This document shows positions 48,945-59,182 of a DNA stretch of 64,000 nucleotides, one piece after another; within the stretch, counting starts at the first letter, position 1; the number at the start of each line of letters is the position of its first letter. Made by a program: the position numbers and the translations under genes. The notes under the pieces were generated by a model. It had not been told where the DNA came from and ran no database searches. It saw only the letters and a program-made list of their open reading frames with translations. This DNA comes from Desulfuromonas sp. (GTDB taxonomy: Bacteria; Desulfobacterota; Desulfuromonadia; Desulfuromonadales; Desulfuromonadaceae): contig JAGGYC010000113.1 in NCBI GenBank assembly GCA_021162745.1, forward strand, positions 11,476-75,475, given 5' to 3'.

Positions 48945-50249
48945 TCAAGATGCCAGATAGGCTTTGATGCTTTCGGCAATAGTCTTGAAAATTTTTGTAA
49001 ATTCCTTCTCGTCCCGCTCCAGCAGGGTGATGCGAAAGCCTTGCTCAGCTGTTGAAAACGACGACAGCGGCACAACACAGATTCCGGTAGAGGCCAGCAG
49101 GTAGTAGACAAAGCGTTTGTCATCTGATGTGTCGGGCTTGGCGACCAGTTCTTCGATCATCTCTTTAACCTGGTTGTTAGCGATGGGCAGCGACTGTGTC
49201 TGGTTCAAGCGATCGTTTTTGAAGGCAATACTCATATAAAAAGCACCGTTGGTGCGGTTGACCTTGATCCCCGGAACTTTTTTCAACAGGTCGTAGGCGA
49301 TGTTGGAAAACTTCTCATAGCGTTGGGTGCGCTCTTTGAGGTAGACCGGATATTCCGGGTGGCTCAAGATGGATGGAATCGCCTTTTGCGGCAGCGTTGT
49401 TGAACACACCTCAACCATTTTTGAGTCAATAATCGACTGGATGTAGCGGGCAAACAGGGGATCTTTGTCGTAGTTGTACACTTCGATCCAGCCGCAGCGT
49501 GAACCGGGCCACGGGAGCTCTTTGCTGATCCCCTTCATGGCGATGGCCGGAACATCACCGATCAGGTCTGAGATCGGTTTGGTTGATTCGCCATTGTAGA
49601 TGATGTTGTGGTAGATCTCGTCGCAGATGATGAACAGGTCATACTCTTTGGCGATCTTGATCATCTCAACCAGCACCCGTTCGGGGTAGACTGCGCCGGT
49701 GGGGTTGTCGGGGTTGATAATCAGCAGTCCACAGATCGCTGGATTATATTTGATTGACAGGCGCAAATCATCGAGGTCAGGATACCAGTTATTATCCGGA
49801 TCGAGACGATAGGAGACCGGAGCTTGACCGGCATGGGCCGCTTCACCGGACGAGTGGGTTGAATAGGTTGGTGAGGGACCGATGACGCGGGCTTCACGCT
49901 TGAGTAGGCCATAGACTTTCTGGATGGCATCGCCCAGGCCGTTAAAGAAGATGATATCTTCAGCGGAGATCTGTGCTTTGCCGCGTTTGTTGGTCAGCTC
50001 AGCGAGGAACTCACGTGTTTCGAGAATTCCCTTGGTCGCACAGTAGCCGTAGGAGCAGTCCTTCATCGCCATATCGGCGACAATCTGTTTCATCCAATCG
50101 GGAATCTTTTCCCCTTTGGCAATAGGATCACCAATGTTTTCCATGTTGGTTTTGATCCCCAACTTGGCGAGGGTTTCAGCAATCTCGACAATCGCACGGA
50201 TCTCATAGGTGAGCTCACCGGCACCGATATGGACAATGTTGTTTCTCAT
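48945..50249 (-). CDS. PLP-dependent class I/II aminotransferase (AlaA-like)
   Basis: ENIGDP, INPDNPTG, CDEIY, GISKELPWPGSRCGW (PLP Lys). ATG 50249 chosen as start. Confidence 0.88.
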   Translation of the reverse strand: MRNNIVHIGAGELTYEIRAIVEIAETLAKLGIKTNMENIGDPIAKGEKIPDWMKQIVADMAMKDCSYGYCATKGILETREFLAELTNKRGKAQISAEDIIFFNGLGDAIQKVYGLLKREARVIGPSPTYSTHSSGEAAHAGQAPVSYRLDPDNNWYPDLDDLRLSIKYNPAICGLLIINPDNPTGAVYPERVLVEMIKIAKEYDLFIICDEIYHNIIYNGESTKPISDLIGDVPAIAMKGISKELPWPGSRCGWIEVYNYDKDPLFARYIQSIIDSKMVEVCSTTLPQKAIPSILSHPEYPVYLKERTQRYEKFSNIAYDLLKKVPGIKVNRTNGAFYMSIAFKNDRLNQTQSLPIANNQVKEMIEELVAKPDTSDDKRFVYYLLASTGICVVPLSSFSTAEQGFRITLLERDEKEFTKIFKTIAESIKAYLAS

Positions 50250-50680
50250 AGTGTTATTTCTTTCTTGAAAACGTTGGATCTTGCGTGTGCGCTCCTGCTG
50301 CATAAAGCAAATGTGGTTAGCATAGCCCTTGGGTTAAGTCAAACGAATTAGGCTCCTGGCAGGGGAGGAGAAGGGGCGTTTATGTATGGATTTGACGTAT
50401 AAACACATAGTGTAAACTGTATACAGTATTCAACAGAAGTTTGAGAAATAAATGTGGCTGGCTGTGAAGTGTGAGTCAAAACAGCTGGTTACATCTGTAG
50501 CGCTTTTGCCTGAGGGGAGATCTTCTAATAAATTCTTGACAAGATGAGGCCATTCCGATAGAAAATACAAGGTTTTTTATGTTGGATGTAATGCGTGTAA
50601 AAGCACGTTTATGACTTGAAACTGTGCACGGTTGCAATGTGGGCCTGTGTACGAATTTTCCCTCTAGGGAGGCGTGAGGT

Positions 50681-51073
50681 ATGGCCGAACAGTATTTGGT
50701 CGATTATATGTATGTGTTGGTGCTCTTGCTCGCGGGTATTGCCTGCGGCTTGGGTCCTCTGGTGATCTCCAGAATTTTTGCACCGCGGGAGTTGTATCGT
50801 AAGACTCTGGAACCATATGAGTGTGGTATGGATCCTTACGGGACGGCATGGAATATCCGTTTTGATATTTCCTACTACCTGTACGCGTTGATCTTTCTGG
50901 CGTTCGATGTTGATGTTCTGTATCTGTTTCCTGTCGCCACAGCCTTCGACAAGGTGTCGGCGGTAAGGGGGATTTCTGAACTGCTAATCTTTGTTGGTAT
51001 TTTGGCGCTGGCGATTGTTTATGCCTGGGCCAAGGGAGTATTTACGTGGCCGAACAGAAGAAAAGTCTGCTAA
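50681..51073 (+). CDS. nuoA: Complex I-like subunit A
   Basis: [27 protein letters not shown]; GGAGG RBS. Confidence 0.93.
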   Translation: MAEQYLVDYMYVLVLLLAGIACGLGPLVISRIFAPRELYRKTLEPYECGMDPYGTAWNIRFDISYYLYALIFLAFDVDVLYLFPVATAFDKVSAVRGISELLIFVGILALAIVYAWAKGVFTWPNRRKVC

Positions 51074-51639
51074 ACGTCCACTCCTATTCCAAGGAGTGTC
51101 TGGAGCGCTATGATGGCGCTCTTCCGCAGAGAACCAAGACCTCAGAAGATGGGCCTTTGCTTGAGATGAAGTTGTCTGACACGATTTTCAATCTGTGTCG
51201 GGCAAACTCGCTGTGGCCGATGACCTTCGGATTGGCGTGCTGTGCAATCGAAATGATGTGCTGTGGTATGGCCCGTTTCGATATGGCGCGTTATGGTGCC
51301 GAGGTGTTTCGTCCTTCACCGCGACAATCGGACCTGTTGATTGTTGCTGGTACTGTTAATCGCAAGATGGCTCCGGCTGTTGTTACCCTGTACGAGCAAA
51401 TGCCGGCGCCTCGCTATGTTATTGCTCTGGGTAACTGTGCAATTTCCGGTGGTCCGTTTGCGGTTGAAGCGAATTATGATGTCGTTCTCGGTGTGGATCA
51501 GCTGATCCCGGTCGATGTCTATGTCCCCGGTTGTCCGCCTCGCCCGGAAGCCTTGATCGAAGGAATCCTGCAACTGCAGGAGCAGATCACCGGCAAGCGC
51601 TTTCCGTTCCCGCAGAACAAGATGCCGGAGGGAGCTTAG
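51046..51639 (+). CDS. nuoB: Complex I-like subunit B (N2 cluster)
   Basis: [10 protein letters not shown] (tandem CC, complex I type), [23 protein letters not shown]. Confidence 0.95.
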   Translation: MAEQKKSLLNVHSYSKECLERYDGALPQRTKTSEDGPLLEMKLSDTIFNLCRANSLWPMTFGLACCAIEMMCCGMARFDMARYGAEVFRPSPRQSDLLIVAGTVNRKMAPAVVTLYEQMPAPRYVIALGNCAISGGPFAVEANYDVVLGVDQLIPVDVYVPGCPPRPEALIEGILQLQEQITGKRFPFPQNKMPEGA

Positions 51640-51643
51640 CATT

Positions 51644-52159
51644 ATGGACGTTAAAAACGTTGTACAACAATGGCAGAATATGGCGACCTCGGTTGAAGAG
51701 GTTGACTACTCTGTCAGTGGCTATGATTACAGTGTCTGCCTGGAAGGGGAGAAACTGTCTGCTTTTGCCGGGCTGATGCTCAACGAGGGCTTCTATCTGG
51801 TGGATCTGATGGCGGTGCACGTTGAACCCGCTATCGAAGTGGTCTACCAGTTTGCCCATTTTAAAACCCGGTGTCGGGTGATGGCACGGGCCTTTGTCGA
51901 TGGCAAGGGTGAAATTCCGACCATTTCAGACATTTACCAGGGTGCGAACTGGCATGAACGTGAGACCCGTGATTTCCACGGTGTTGTATTCACTGGTCAT
52001 CCCAATCTGGAACCGCTGATTCTGGCGGAAGAAGATGTGGATCTGAAGCCGCTGCTCAAGGACGAGAAAAAGCTCAAGGGTGTTGCCGCCGTACGGCGTG
52101 TACAGCCTGAGCCTGAAGCAGCGAAACCTGAAGCAGTCAAGAGTCCGGAGCAGAGCTGA
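51644..52159 (+). CDS. nuoC: Complex I-like subunit C
   Basis: ANWHERETRDFHGVVFTGHPNL. Confidence 0.9.
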   Translation: MDVKNVVQQWQNMATSVEEVDYSVSGYDYSVCLEGEKLSAFAGLMLNEGFYLVDLMAVHVEPAIEVVYQFAHFKTRCRVMARAFVDGKGEIPTISDIYQGANWHERETRDFHGVVFTGHPNLEPLILAEEDVDLKPLLKDEKKLKGVAAVRRVQPEPEAAKPEAVKSPEQS

Positions 52160-52164
52160 TTGTC

Positions 52165-53286
52165 ATGAATGTAGATGTTTTAGAAGATGAAAGACATCAC
52201 CGCTTCGTTCTGAATATGGGGCCCCAGCATCCCAGTACCCACGGGGTATTGCGTGTGCTGTTGGAGCTTGAAGGCGAGTATGCTATGAGCCTTCAACCCG
52301 TACTCGGATACGGACACCGGTGTCACGAGAAGATCGCTGAGTATAAGCCTGCCAAGTCGTTTATGCCTAACACGGCTCGCATGGATTACCTCGGTGCATT
52401 GATTTATAACCATGGTTACGCTCAGCTGCTGGAGAAGGCAACGGGTATTGAGGCGCCGCAGCGTGCCGAGTATATTCGTGTCATCACCTCCGAGCTCAAC
52501 CGTATTCAGAGCCACTTGCTGTGGTACGGTGCCTACCTGCTGGACCTCGGGGCATTTACCCCCATCATGTACTCTTTTGATGATCGTGAACATATCCTCG
52601 ATATCCTCGAAGATGTTACCGGTTCACGGCTGACCTATTGCTACTATAGGGTCGGCGGGGTGTGCAGGGATATCGACGATAAATTTATTGCCGGCACCCG
52701 TCAGTTTATTGATCGTTTGCGTAGCCGTTTCCCCATGTACGAGGATCTGGTCAATGGTAATGTGATTCTTCAGAATCGCTTGAATGGTATTGGTGATCTG
52801 ACGCCACAGACCTGCGCTCGTTATGGTGTCACTGGGCCGTTACTGCGTGGAACCGGTGTTGCCTACGACATGCGTCGTGCTGAGCCTTACTCTGTTTATC
52901 CTGAATTTGACTTCGAGATCCCGACGGAGACCAAGGGTGATTGTATGGCGTCGTTTTTGGTTCGTTTCCGTGAGATGGAGCAGAGTTTGCGCATCATCGA
53001 ACAGGCGCTGGATCGATTGCCCGAAGGGCCGATAATGGCGGCCAAGGTGCCTAAGAAATTGAAGATCCCGGCCGGAGATTACAACAGTTCGGTTGAGGCA
53101 CCACGTGGTGAGTTGTCTTACTATCTGGTTGCTGACGGTTCTGATACTCCATACCGCCTCAAGGTGAGAACGCCATCCTATTCCAATCTGAGCGTTGTCT
53201 CCGAACAGTGTGCGGGGATGTTGCTTTCTGACGTGGTATCAGCCATGGGTTCTCTGGACCTGGTTATTCCCGAGATTGACAGGTAG
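52165..53286 (+). CDS. nuoD: Complex I-like subunit D (quinone-site type, no NiFe motifs)
   Basis: LNMGPQHPSTHGVLR, RMDYL, EAPRGE, DLVIPEIDR; no CxxC nickel ligands. Confidence 0.95.
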   Translation: MNVDVLEDERHHRFVLNMGPQHPSTHGVLRVLLELEGEYAMSLQPVLGYGHRCHEKIAEYKPAKSFMPNTARMDYLGALIYNHGYAQLLEKATGIEAPQRAEYIRVITSELNRIQSHLLWYGAYLLDLGAFTPIMYSFDDREHILDILEDVTGSRLTYCYYRVGGVCRDIDDKFIAGTRQFIDRLRSRFPMYEDLVNGNVILQNRLNGIGDLTPQTCARYGVTGPLLRGTGVAYDMRRAEPYSVYPEFDFEIPTETKGDCMASFLVRFREMEQSLRIIEQALDRLPEGPIMAAKVPKKLKIPAGDYNSSVEAPRGELSYYLVADGSDTPYRLKVRTPSYSNLSVVSEQCAGMLLSDVVSAMGSLDLVIPEIDR

Positions 53287-53291
53287 ATCAT

Positions 53292-54278
53292 ATGGAAATC
53301 TTAAATAGTATTCTCCCGGAGTTGATTCGGATTGTTATCTGTGCGGTCTGTGGAGCTGTGATTGTTTTCGGCAATGCGCTGGTGATGGGTTATGCCGAGC
53401 GTAAATTGGCCGGACACTTCATGTTGCGTCCCGGTCCGATGGAAGTTGGATTTCACGGTATTATTCAGTTGGTTGTCGACGGCTTGAAGTTGATGGGTAA
53501 GCAATTGGTAGTTCCGGCCAAGGCCGATAAGCCGTTGTTCATGTTGGCACCTATCCTGGCTTTTGCACCGGTTTTCATTCCGCTGCTGGTGATCCCGTTC
53601 AGTGATAAGCTGCAAGGCTTTGATTTGGATGTTGGCTTGTTGCTGATACTGGCCGTTGCATCAATTAACGTTCTGGCCATTCTGATTGGTGGTTGGGGCT
53701 CGAACAACAAGTATTCATTGTTTGGTGCCTTCCGTTCTGTTGCTCAGAATGTTGCTTACGAAATCCCCATGCTGATTTCACTGTTGGCCATTGTATTCAT
53801 GACCAACACCTTCAGCTTGCGTGAGATCGCTGCCGCTCAAAGTCCGGTATGGTTTGTCATCCTTCAGCCGCTGGCATTTTTAATCTATATCGTTGCCATG
53901 GTCGCTGAAACCAACCGCGCACCTTTTGACCTCCCCGAGGCCGAGAGTGAGCTGACCGCCGGTTTCCATACCGAGTATAGTGGTATGAGCTTCAGTCTGT
54001 TCGTGTTGGGCGAGTATGCCAACATGTTCATCGTCTGTAGTATTGCGACGGTCTTTTTCCTCGGCGGTGATTCTGGAATCCCACTGCCATACTTTGAGTA
54101 TAGCGGCGCGATCTGGTTCTTGGCCAAGGTGTATGCTCTGATGTTCTTCCTGGTCTGGATCCGTTGGACATACCCACGGACCCGATTCGATCAGTTGATG
54201 AACTTCTGCTGGAAGTACCTGATTCCATTTTCGCTGGTTAATCTGTTAATTACTGTCGTGATGGTGAAGCTGATATGA
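53292..54278 (+). CDS. nuoH: Complex I-like subunit H
   Basis: ERK...RPGP, DGLKLMGK, YEIP, AETNRAPFDLPEAESEL, RTRFDQLM. Confidence 0.95.
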   Translation: MEILNSILPELIRIVICAVCGAVIVFGNALVMGYAERKLAGHFMLRPGPMEVGFHGIIQLVVDGLKLMGKQLVVPAKADKPLFMLAPILAFAPVFIPLLVIPFSDKLQGFDLDVGLLLILAVASINVLAILIGGWGSNNKYSLFGAFRSVAQNVAYEIPMLISLLAIVFMTNTFSLREIAAAQSPVWFVILQPLAFLIYIVAMVAETNRAPFDLPEAESELTAGFHTEYSGMSFSLFVLGEYANMFIVCSIATVFFLGGDSGIPLPYFEYSGAIWFLAKVYALMFFLVWIRWTYPRTRFDQLMNFCWKYLIPFSLVNLLITVVMVKLI

Positions 54279-54715
54279 AATCCTATTTCTCAGAATTGTT
54301 TACGGGAGGATGGAGCCTTATCCTTGGCCTGAAGGTCACTATCAAGTCTCTGTTTTCTCCTATTGTTACGGTACAGTATCCACGCGAAAAGCTGGAAATT
54401 ACACCGAATTACCGTGGTCACATCGATCTGGTCAAAGATCCAGAGAATGGTAGCCATAAATGTATCACCTGTGGCAGCTGCATGCGTGAGTGTCCGTCCG
54501 ATTGTATTGTTATCGAAGGCGAAAAGCGCGAAGGGGTCAAAGGCAAGGTATTAACGGTGTTTACCCTCGATTTTACCAAGTGCAGCCTGTGCGGTGCTTG
54601 TGTTGAGGCTTGTCCTACCGACGCACTGGATTATTCCAATGAGTATGAGCTGGCGGGTGAAGCGCGTTCGGATTTCTACTTTGATATTTTAAAAAGAGTG
54701 GAGGAACGGAAATGA
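54275..54715 (+). CDS. nuoI: Complex I-like subunit I (2x[4Fe-4S])
   Basis: CITCGSCMRECP and CSLCGACVEACP. Confidence 0.93.
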   Translation: MKSYFSELFTGGWSLILGLKVTIKSLFSPIVTVQYPREKLEITPNYRGHIDLVKDPENGSHKCITCGSCMRECPSDCIVIEGEKREGVKGKVLTVFTLDFTKCSLCGACVEACPTDALDYSNEYELAGEARSDFYFDILKRVEERK

Positions 54716-55236
54716 TAGTTTATAAGTACATCGCCGAAATCCTCTTTTATGCCTTTATGATCTTGACGTTCATGGGCGGGTTTATGGCAGTTCGATCCAA
54801 AATGCTGATGCATGCGGTGTTGGGCTTGGCCGTTTCGCTGTTTGGTGTGGCTGGTTTGTATTTCCACCTCGGCAGCCCTTTTCTGGCTATGATGCAGATC
54901 CTGATCTATGTCGGTGCGGTCTGTATCATGATTGTCCTCGGGGTTATGCTCGGCAATACACCGGATCAACTGGCGGTCAAGAATTTCTCCGGTCGCAATA
55001 CGCTGCTGGCTTTGTTGGCTTGTGCAACAGGTTTCTTTACTTTGTTTGTTGCCATTGGCCAGACAAAGTTTGTTCCGGCGGCAGAAAGAATCGGCGACAT
55101 GTCGATCCGTTTTGTCGGTGAGAACCTGTTGTTCAAGTATTGCCTGGCCTTTGAATTGATTTCAGTTGTCTTGTTGACAGCTATTATCGGTGCCATCATT
55201 CTGGCACGCGGCGGTCGGGAGGAAGTGGCAAAATGA
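54712..55236 (+). CDS. nuoJ: Complex I-like subunit J
   Basis: QILIYVGAVCIM, FELISVVLL; hydrophobic. Confidence 0.9.
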   Translation: MIVYKYIAEILFYAFMILTFMGGFMAVRSKMLMHAVLGLAVSLFGVAGLYFHLGSPFLAMMQILIYVGAVCIMIVLGVMLGNTPDQLAVKNFSGRNTLLALLACATGFFTLFVAIGQTKFVPAAERIGDMSIRFVGENLLFKYCLAFELISVVLLTAIIGAIILARGGREEVAK

Positions 55237-55550
55237 TGATCAGCGGTGAATTAAATACGTACCTGATTATTTCAGCGATTCTGCTGGTAATCGGTCTATA
55301 CGGCATGGTGCAACATCGTTCTTTGATCGGCATGCTGATTTCAAGTGAATTTATCCTCAACGGTGCCGCGCTGAACTTTATGGCGTTTAATCGTTTTATT
55401 GCGCCGAACCCTGCGGTTGGTCAGATCTACACCCTGTTTATCATGGGTATTGCCGCAGCTGAAGCGGCGATTGTGGTTAGTATTATCATCGCGGTGTACC
55501 GCAAGTATCGCAGTGAAGATCCTGAGCAGGTTCAGGACCTGAAAATGTGA
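55233..55550 (+). CDS. nuoK: Complex I-like subunit K
   Basis: EFILNG, AAAEAAI; 105 aa, 3 TM. Confidence 0.92.
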   Translation: MMISGELNTYLIISAILLVIGLYGMVQHRSLIGMLISSEFILNGAALNFMAFNRFIAPNPAVGQIYTLFIMGIAAAEAAIVVSIIIAVYRKYRSEDPEQVQDLKM

Positions 55551-55636
55551 TATCGCTTTGCTGACGGTTATGAAATCTATAACGGCGGTCACGCGGCTTA
55601 AGCTAGCGCGACACACCACTTGAGAAAGTACTTGCA

Positions 55637-57130
55637 ATGAACACAATTATCACCAGCAAGATTCTTATAACAATGTTGATCCCGATGATTACGGGTCTGC
55701 TTGTTATGTTTTCGGGGAAGAAGCCGAATCTGCGCGACAGCTGGTCGACGCTCGGCGCTATCCTTACCTTTGCCTCGGTACTGAGTTTTCTCCCTGTCAT
55801 TCAGGCGGGAGATCAGCTTAAGTACACACTGTTTGAACTCTATCCGGGTATCTCGGTCACCTTGAACCTTGATCCCCTGGGCGTGATTTTTGCGATGGTC
55901 GCATCCTTTTTGTGGATTCTGGCCAGTCTCTACTGCGTCGGGTACATGCGCGGTCTGGATGAGCATGCTCAAACCCGTTTTTATGTCTGCTATGCGGTTT
56001 CCGTTGGCGCAGCCATGGGAGCGGCGTTCGCGGGTAACCTGTTTACCCTCTATCTGTTCTACGAGATCGTTTCGATCTTCACCTACCCACTGGTTATGCA
56101 CCACCAGGATGAAGAGGGTTACGCCGGAGCGAAGAAATACATCGTTTACCTGATGTTTACCTCCAAGGCGTTTTTGCTGCCGGCCATGATTATGATCTAT
56201 GTGCTGTGCGGTACCCTGGACTTTAACACCGCCAGTATTGCACAGGGTATTTTCCCCGCCGAAGCCGATCGCTTCGTCGTTGGTATTACCTACTTCCTGT
56301 GTCTGTTCGGTTTCGCTAAAGCGGGTATCATGCCGTTTCATAACTGGTTACCGGATGCGATGGTTGCACCGACACCGGTATCGGCACTGCTTCATGCCGT
56401 GGTTGTTGTTAAGGTTGGTGTGTTCTCTGTCTGTCGTGTCATGTTGTCGATTTATGGTACGAACCTGTTACACGAAACGGGGTTGGGACTATTTACGGCC
56501 TACTTTGTTTCATTTACCATCCTGACGGCATCAGTCATTGCGTTGACCAAGACGAATCTCAAAGCGCGTCTGGCATATTCAACGGTCAGCCAGTTGTCCT
56601 ACATCATTCTCGGTGTGGCGATGCTGACGCCGAATTCGATTACCGGTGGTTTGATCCATATTGCTAACCATGCGTTGGCCAAGATCACATTGTTCTTCGC
56701 GGCCGGTTGTATCTTTGTCGCCAGCGGCAAGAAGGATATCTCAGAGATGGGTGGCCTCGGCAAACGGATGCCGTTCACAATGCTTGCTTTTGGTGTGGCA
56801 TCTCTGGGTATGATTGGCGCACCACCGGTAGGCGGTTTTGTAACGAAATGGTATTTAGCTTTAGGTACCATGGATATTCATAATTATATTCTGCTGGGCG
56901 TCTTGTTACTCAGTAGCTTGCTTAATGCCGGTTATTTTGTCCCCATCTTCCTGACGGCATTTTTTGGCAAGCCACTCCCTGCCGATGAAGGCTTAACAAG
57001 TAGCCTTGAGACGAAGCCGTTGATAATGTTTATGGTTGTTCCTCTGGTAATTACCGGAACACTTTCGGCGCTTATTGGTGTTTATCCCGATCTGTTCCTG
57101 AACCTCATTAATCTGTTGGTGAAGCCATGA
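55637..57130 (+). CDS. MrpD-like antiporter-type subunit
   Basis: 497 aa; FYE, PFHNWLPDAMVAPTPVSALLHAV, LAYSTVSQL; no C-terminal lateral helix. Confidence 0.85.
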   Translation: MNTIITSKILITMLIPMITGLLVMFSGKKPNLRDSWSTLGAILTFASVLSFLPVIQAGDQLKYTLFELYPGISVTLNLDPLGVIFAMVASFLWILASLYCVGYMRGLDEHAQTRFYVCYAVSVGAAMGAAFAGNLFTLYLFYEIVSIFTYPLVMHHQDEEGYAGAKKYIVYLMFTSKAFLLPAMIMIYVLCGTLDFNTASIAQGIFPAEADRFVVGITYFLCLFGFAKAGIMPFHNWLPDAMVAPTPVSALLHAVVVVKVGVFSVCRVMLSIYGTNLLHETGLGLFTAYFVSFTILTASVIALTKTNLKARLAYSTVSQLSYIILGVAMLTPNSITGGLIHIANHALAKITLFFAAGCIFVASGKKDISEMGGLGKRMPFTMLAFGVASLGMIGAPPVGGFVTKWYLALGTMDIHNYILLGVLLLSSLLNAGYFVPIFLTAFFGKPLPADEGLTSSLETKPLIMFMVVPLVITGTLSALIGVYPDLFLNLINLLVKP

Positions 57131-57375
57131 TTGTACAATTTCTAACTTATTTGCGGGAGAGACCTACAATGCTCAAATGGCTTTTTATGGCCATCTTGGC
57201 TTTTTGTCTCGTATTTGATTTCTTTGCTGAGCGTCACCATGCTCACTTCTGGGGCGATCATGTGGTTGAGTTCTGGGCGATGTTTGGTTTGGCGGGTTGT
57301 ATGGGAATGATTGTATTTTGTAAAGGGCTGTCGCACGTATGGCTGGAAAGGGATACGGATCATTATGACAAGTAG
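57127..57375 (+). CDS. Small 2-TM membrane protein of the complex I-like cassette
   Basis: 82 aa; 4-bp overlap with the upstream gene and 11-bp overlap with the downstream gene; two hydrophobic segments around a HHAHFW loop. Confidence 0.75.
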   Translation: MIVQFLTYLRERPTMLKWLFMAILAFCLVFDFFAERHHAHFWGDHVVEFWAMFGLAGCMGMIVFCKGLSHVWLERDTDHYDK

Positions 57376-59131
57376 TATCTTTATGCATCCGGCCGTTTTG
57401 TTTATTTTCGGCGCGATGCTGTTACCATTATTCAAGAAGTTTAACGCCCAAAAGATCTGGCTGGTAGTTGTACCGCTGCTGGCATTTATTCAGATCAAGT
57501 ATCTGCCATCATCTTTTGGTTGCGTTGAGTGGTTGGGCTTCAAGTTGCAGTTCGGTCGTGTTGACCAGTTGACCATGGTTTTTTTGCATGTCTTCACCTT
57601 GATGGCGTTGATCGGCAGTATCTTTGGTTTACATGTCAAGGAAAGTGGCCAGCATGCTGCGGCATGGCTTTACGTAGCAGGTTCTCTGGGTACCACCCTT
57701 GCTGGTGATTATCTGGTGGTATTCATTTTCTGGGAGCTGATGGCATTCGCTTCGGTATTCCTGGTATGGTATCGCAAGCGTAAGCGCTCGATAGAGGCTG
57801 GTTATCGCTACCTTCTGGTTCATACAGCAGGCGGATTGATATTGCTGGGTGGGATTTTCCTCCATTATCAACGTGTGCATGATCTTAGTTTTGTTGCCGT
57901 GTCACCGGACAGTGCTACGTTGGCAGAATACCTGATTATGATCGGGTTTATGCTTAATGCAGCTGTGCCACCAATTCATGCCTGGTTGCCTGATGCCTAT
58001 CCTGAAGCAACAGTGACCGGCGCGGTGTTCATGTGTGCCTTTACCACCAAGACAGCTGTCTATGTGTTGGCACGCGGTTTCGCCGGCTTTGAAACACTGG
58101 CAATCATGGGTGCGATCATGACCCTGTATGGGGTTTTCTACGCGGTTATCGAGAATGACGCCCGGCGCATTCTCGCCTATCATATTGTCAGTCAGGTCGG
58201 TTACATGGTGTGCGGTGTTGGTATCGGTACAGAGATGGCGGTAAATGGCGCCTGTGCTCATGCTTATGCTCATATTCTTTATAAGGCGTTGCTGTTCATG
58301 GGCATCGGTAGTGTCCTTGAGATGACCGGACGCTCTAAACTGAGCGAATTGGGCGGCTTATATAAGTATATGCCTTTTACCATGATCTTTACCGTTATCG
58401 GCGGTATCTCAATCTCTGGGTTCCCGCTCACCAGCGGTTTTATCAGTAAATCGATGATTATTTCTGCCGCTGGTGCTGATCACCGCTTGATTATCATGAG
58501 TATGCTGGCTCTGGCCGCCGTAGGTACCTTCCTCTCGGTTGGTATCAAACTGCCATATTTCGTGTTCTTCGGACCAAAGGATAGTGGGATAAAGCCAAAA
58601 GAGGCGCATTGGAATATGCAACTGGGTATGTTCATGGGCGCATTTATGTGTATCTTCTTGGGTGTCTACCCCGAGTACCTCTATAATATGCTTCCATATG
58701 CTGTTCATTATCATCCTTACAATAGTTATCACTTGGCGGAGACGTTCCATCTGCTAGGTTTTACTGCCCTTGGTTTTTATCTGATGGTCAGATATCTGAC
58801 TCCGCACGATGTCTCCAACCTCGACCTCGACTGGTTCTATCGTCGTGGTGCCGGTTGGTTCATGTGGACTGCTCGTAATCCGATTTCTGCAACGAATGAA
58901 TGGGTGAGCAATATCTATCAGAATGTAGGTCTGCGCTTTACCATGGCTCTGGCTCGTGCTCTTTCCTGGTTTGACTGGGAAGGGATCGACTGGGCTCTTG
59001 ATGGTAGCGCCAAGGGTGTTGTTAAGGGTGGTGAGCAAGTACGTCAGTTCCAGACAGGTAAACTTCAGCACTATATCGGTGCCGCAGTGGCCTTGTTGTT
59101 CTTGGTGCTGATTGTTGTTGTTCTGATCTGA
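57365..59131 (+). CDS. MrpA/NuoL-like antiporter-type subunit with C-terminal lateral helix
   Basis: FWE, PIHAWLPDAYPEA, LAYHIVSQVG, then DWFY...QTGKLQHY and a terminal TM as in NuoL. ATG 57365 chosen as start. Confidence 0.85.
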   Translation: MTSSIFMHPAVLFIFGAMLLPLFKKFNAQKIWLVVVPLLAFIQIKYLPSSFGCVEWLGFKLQFGRVDQLTMVFLHVFTLMALIGSIFGLHVKESGQHAAAWLYVAGSLGTTLAGDYLVVFIFWELMAFASVFLVWYRKRKRSIEAGYRYLLVHTAGGLILLGGIFLHYQRVHDLSFVAVSPDSATLAEYLIMIGFMLNAAVPPIHAWLPDAYPEATVTGAVFMCAFTTKTAVYVLARGFAGFETLAIMGAIMTLYGVFYAVIENDARRILAYHIVSQVGYMVCGVGIGTEMAVNGACAHAYAHILYKALLFMGIGSVLEMTGRSKLSELGGLYKYMPFTMIFTVIGGISISGFPLTSGFISKSMIISAAGADHRLIIMSMLALAAVGTFLSVGIKLPYFVFFGPKDSGIKPKEAHWNMQLGMFMGAFMCIFLGVYPEYLYNMLPYAVHYHPYNSYHLAETFHLLGFTALGFYLMVRYLTPHDVSNLDLDWFYRRGAGWFMWTARNPISATNEWVSNIYQNVGLRFTMALARALSWFDWEGIDWALDGSAKGVVKGGEQVRQFQTGKLQHYIGAAVALLFLVLIVVVLI

Positions 59132-59182
59132 CCCTGCCTGCTTGTTAACGGATAGGCAATTACTCTTAGACAGTAGGAAGTC

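Noticed and set aside
50536-50564. TTGACA upstream of nuoA as a sigma70 promoter
   Set aside because: The -10 at 17 bp (TAGAAA) lacks the conserved final T; not supportable without TSS data.
52165-53286. NuoD as a group 4 [NiFe]-hydrogenase large subunit
   Set aside because: No N- or C-terminal CxxC nickel ligands; the quinone-site His/Tyr motifs are present.
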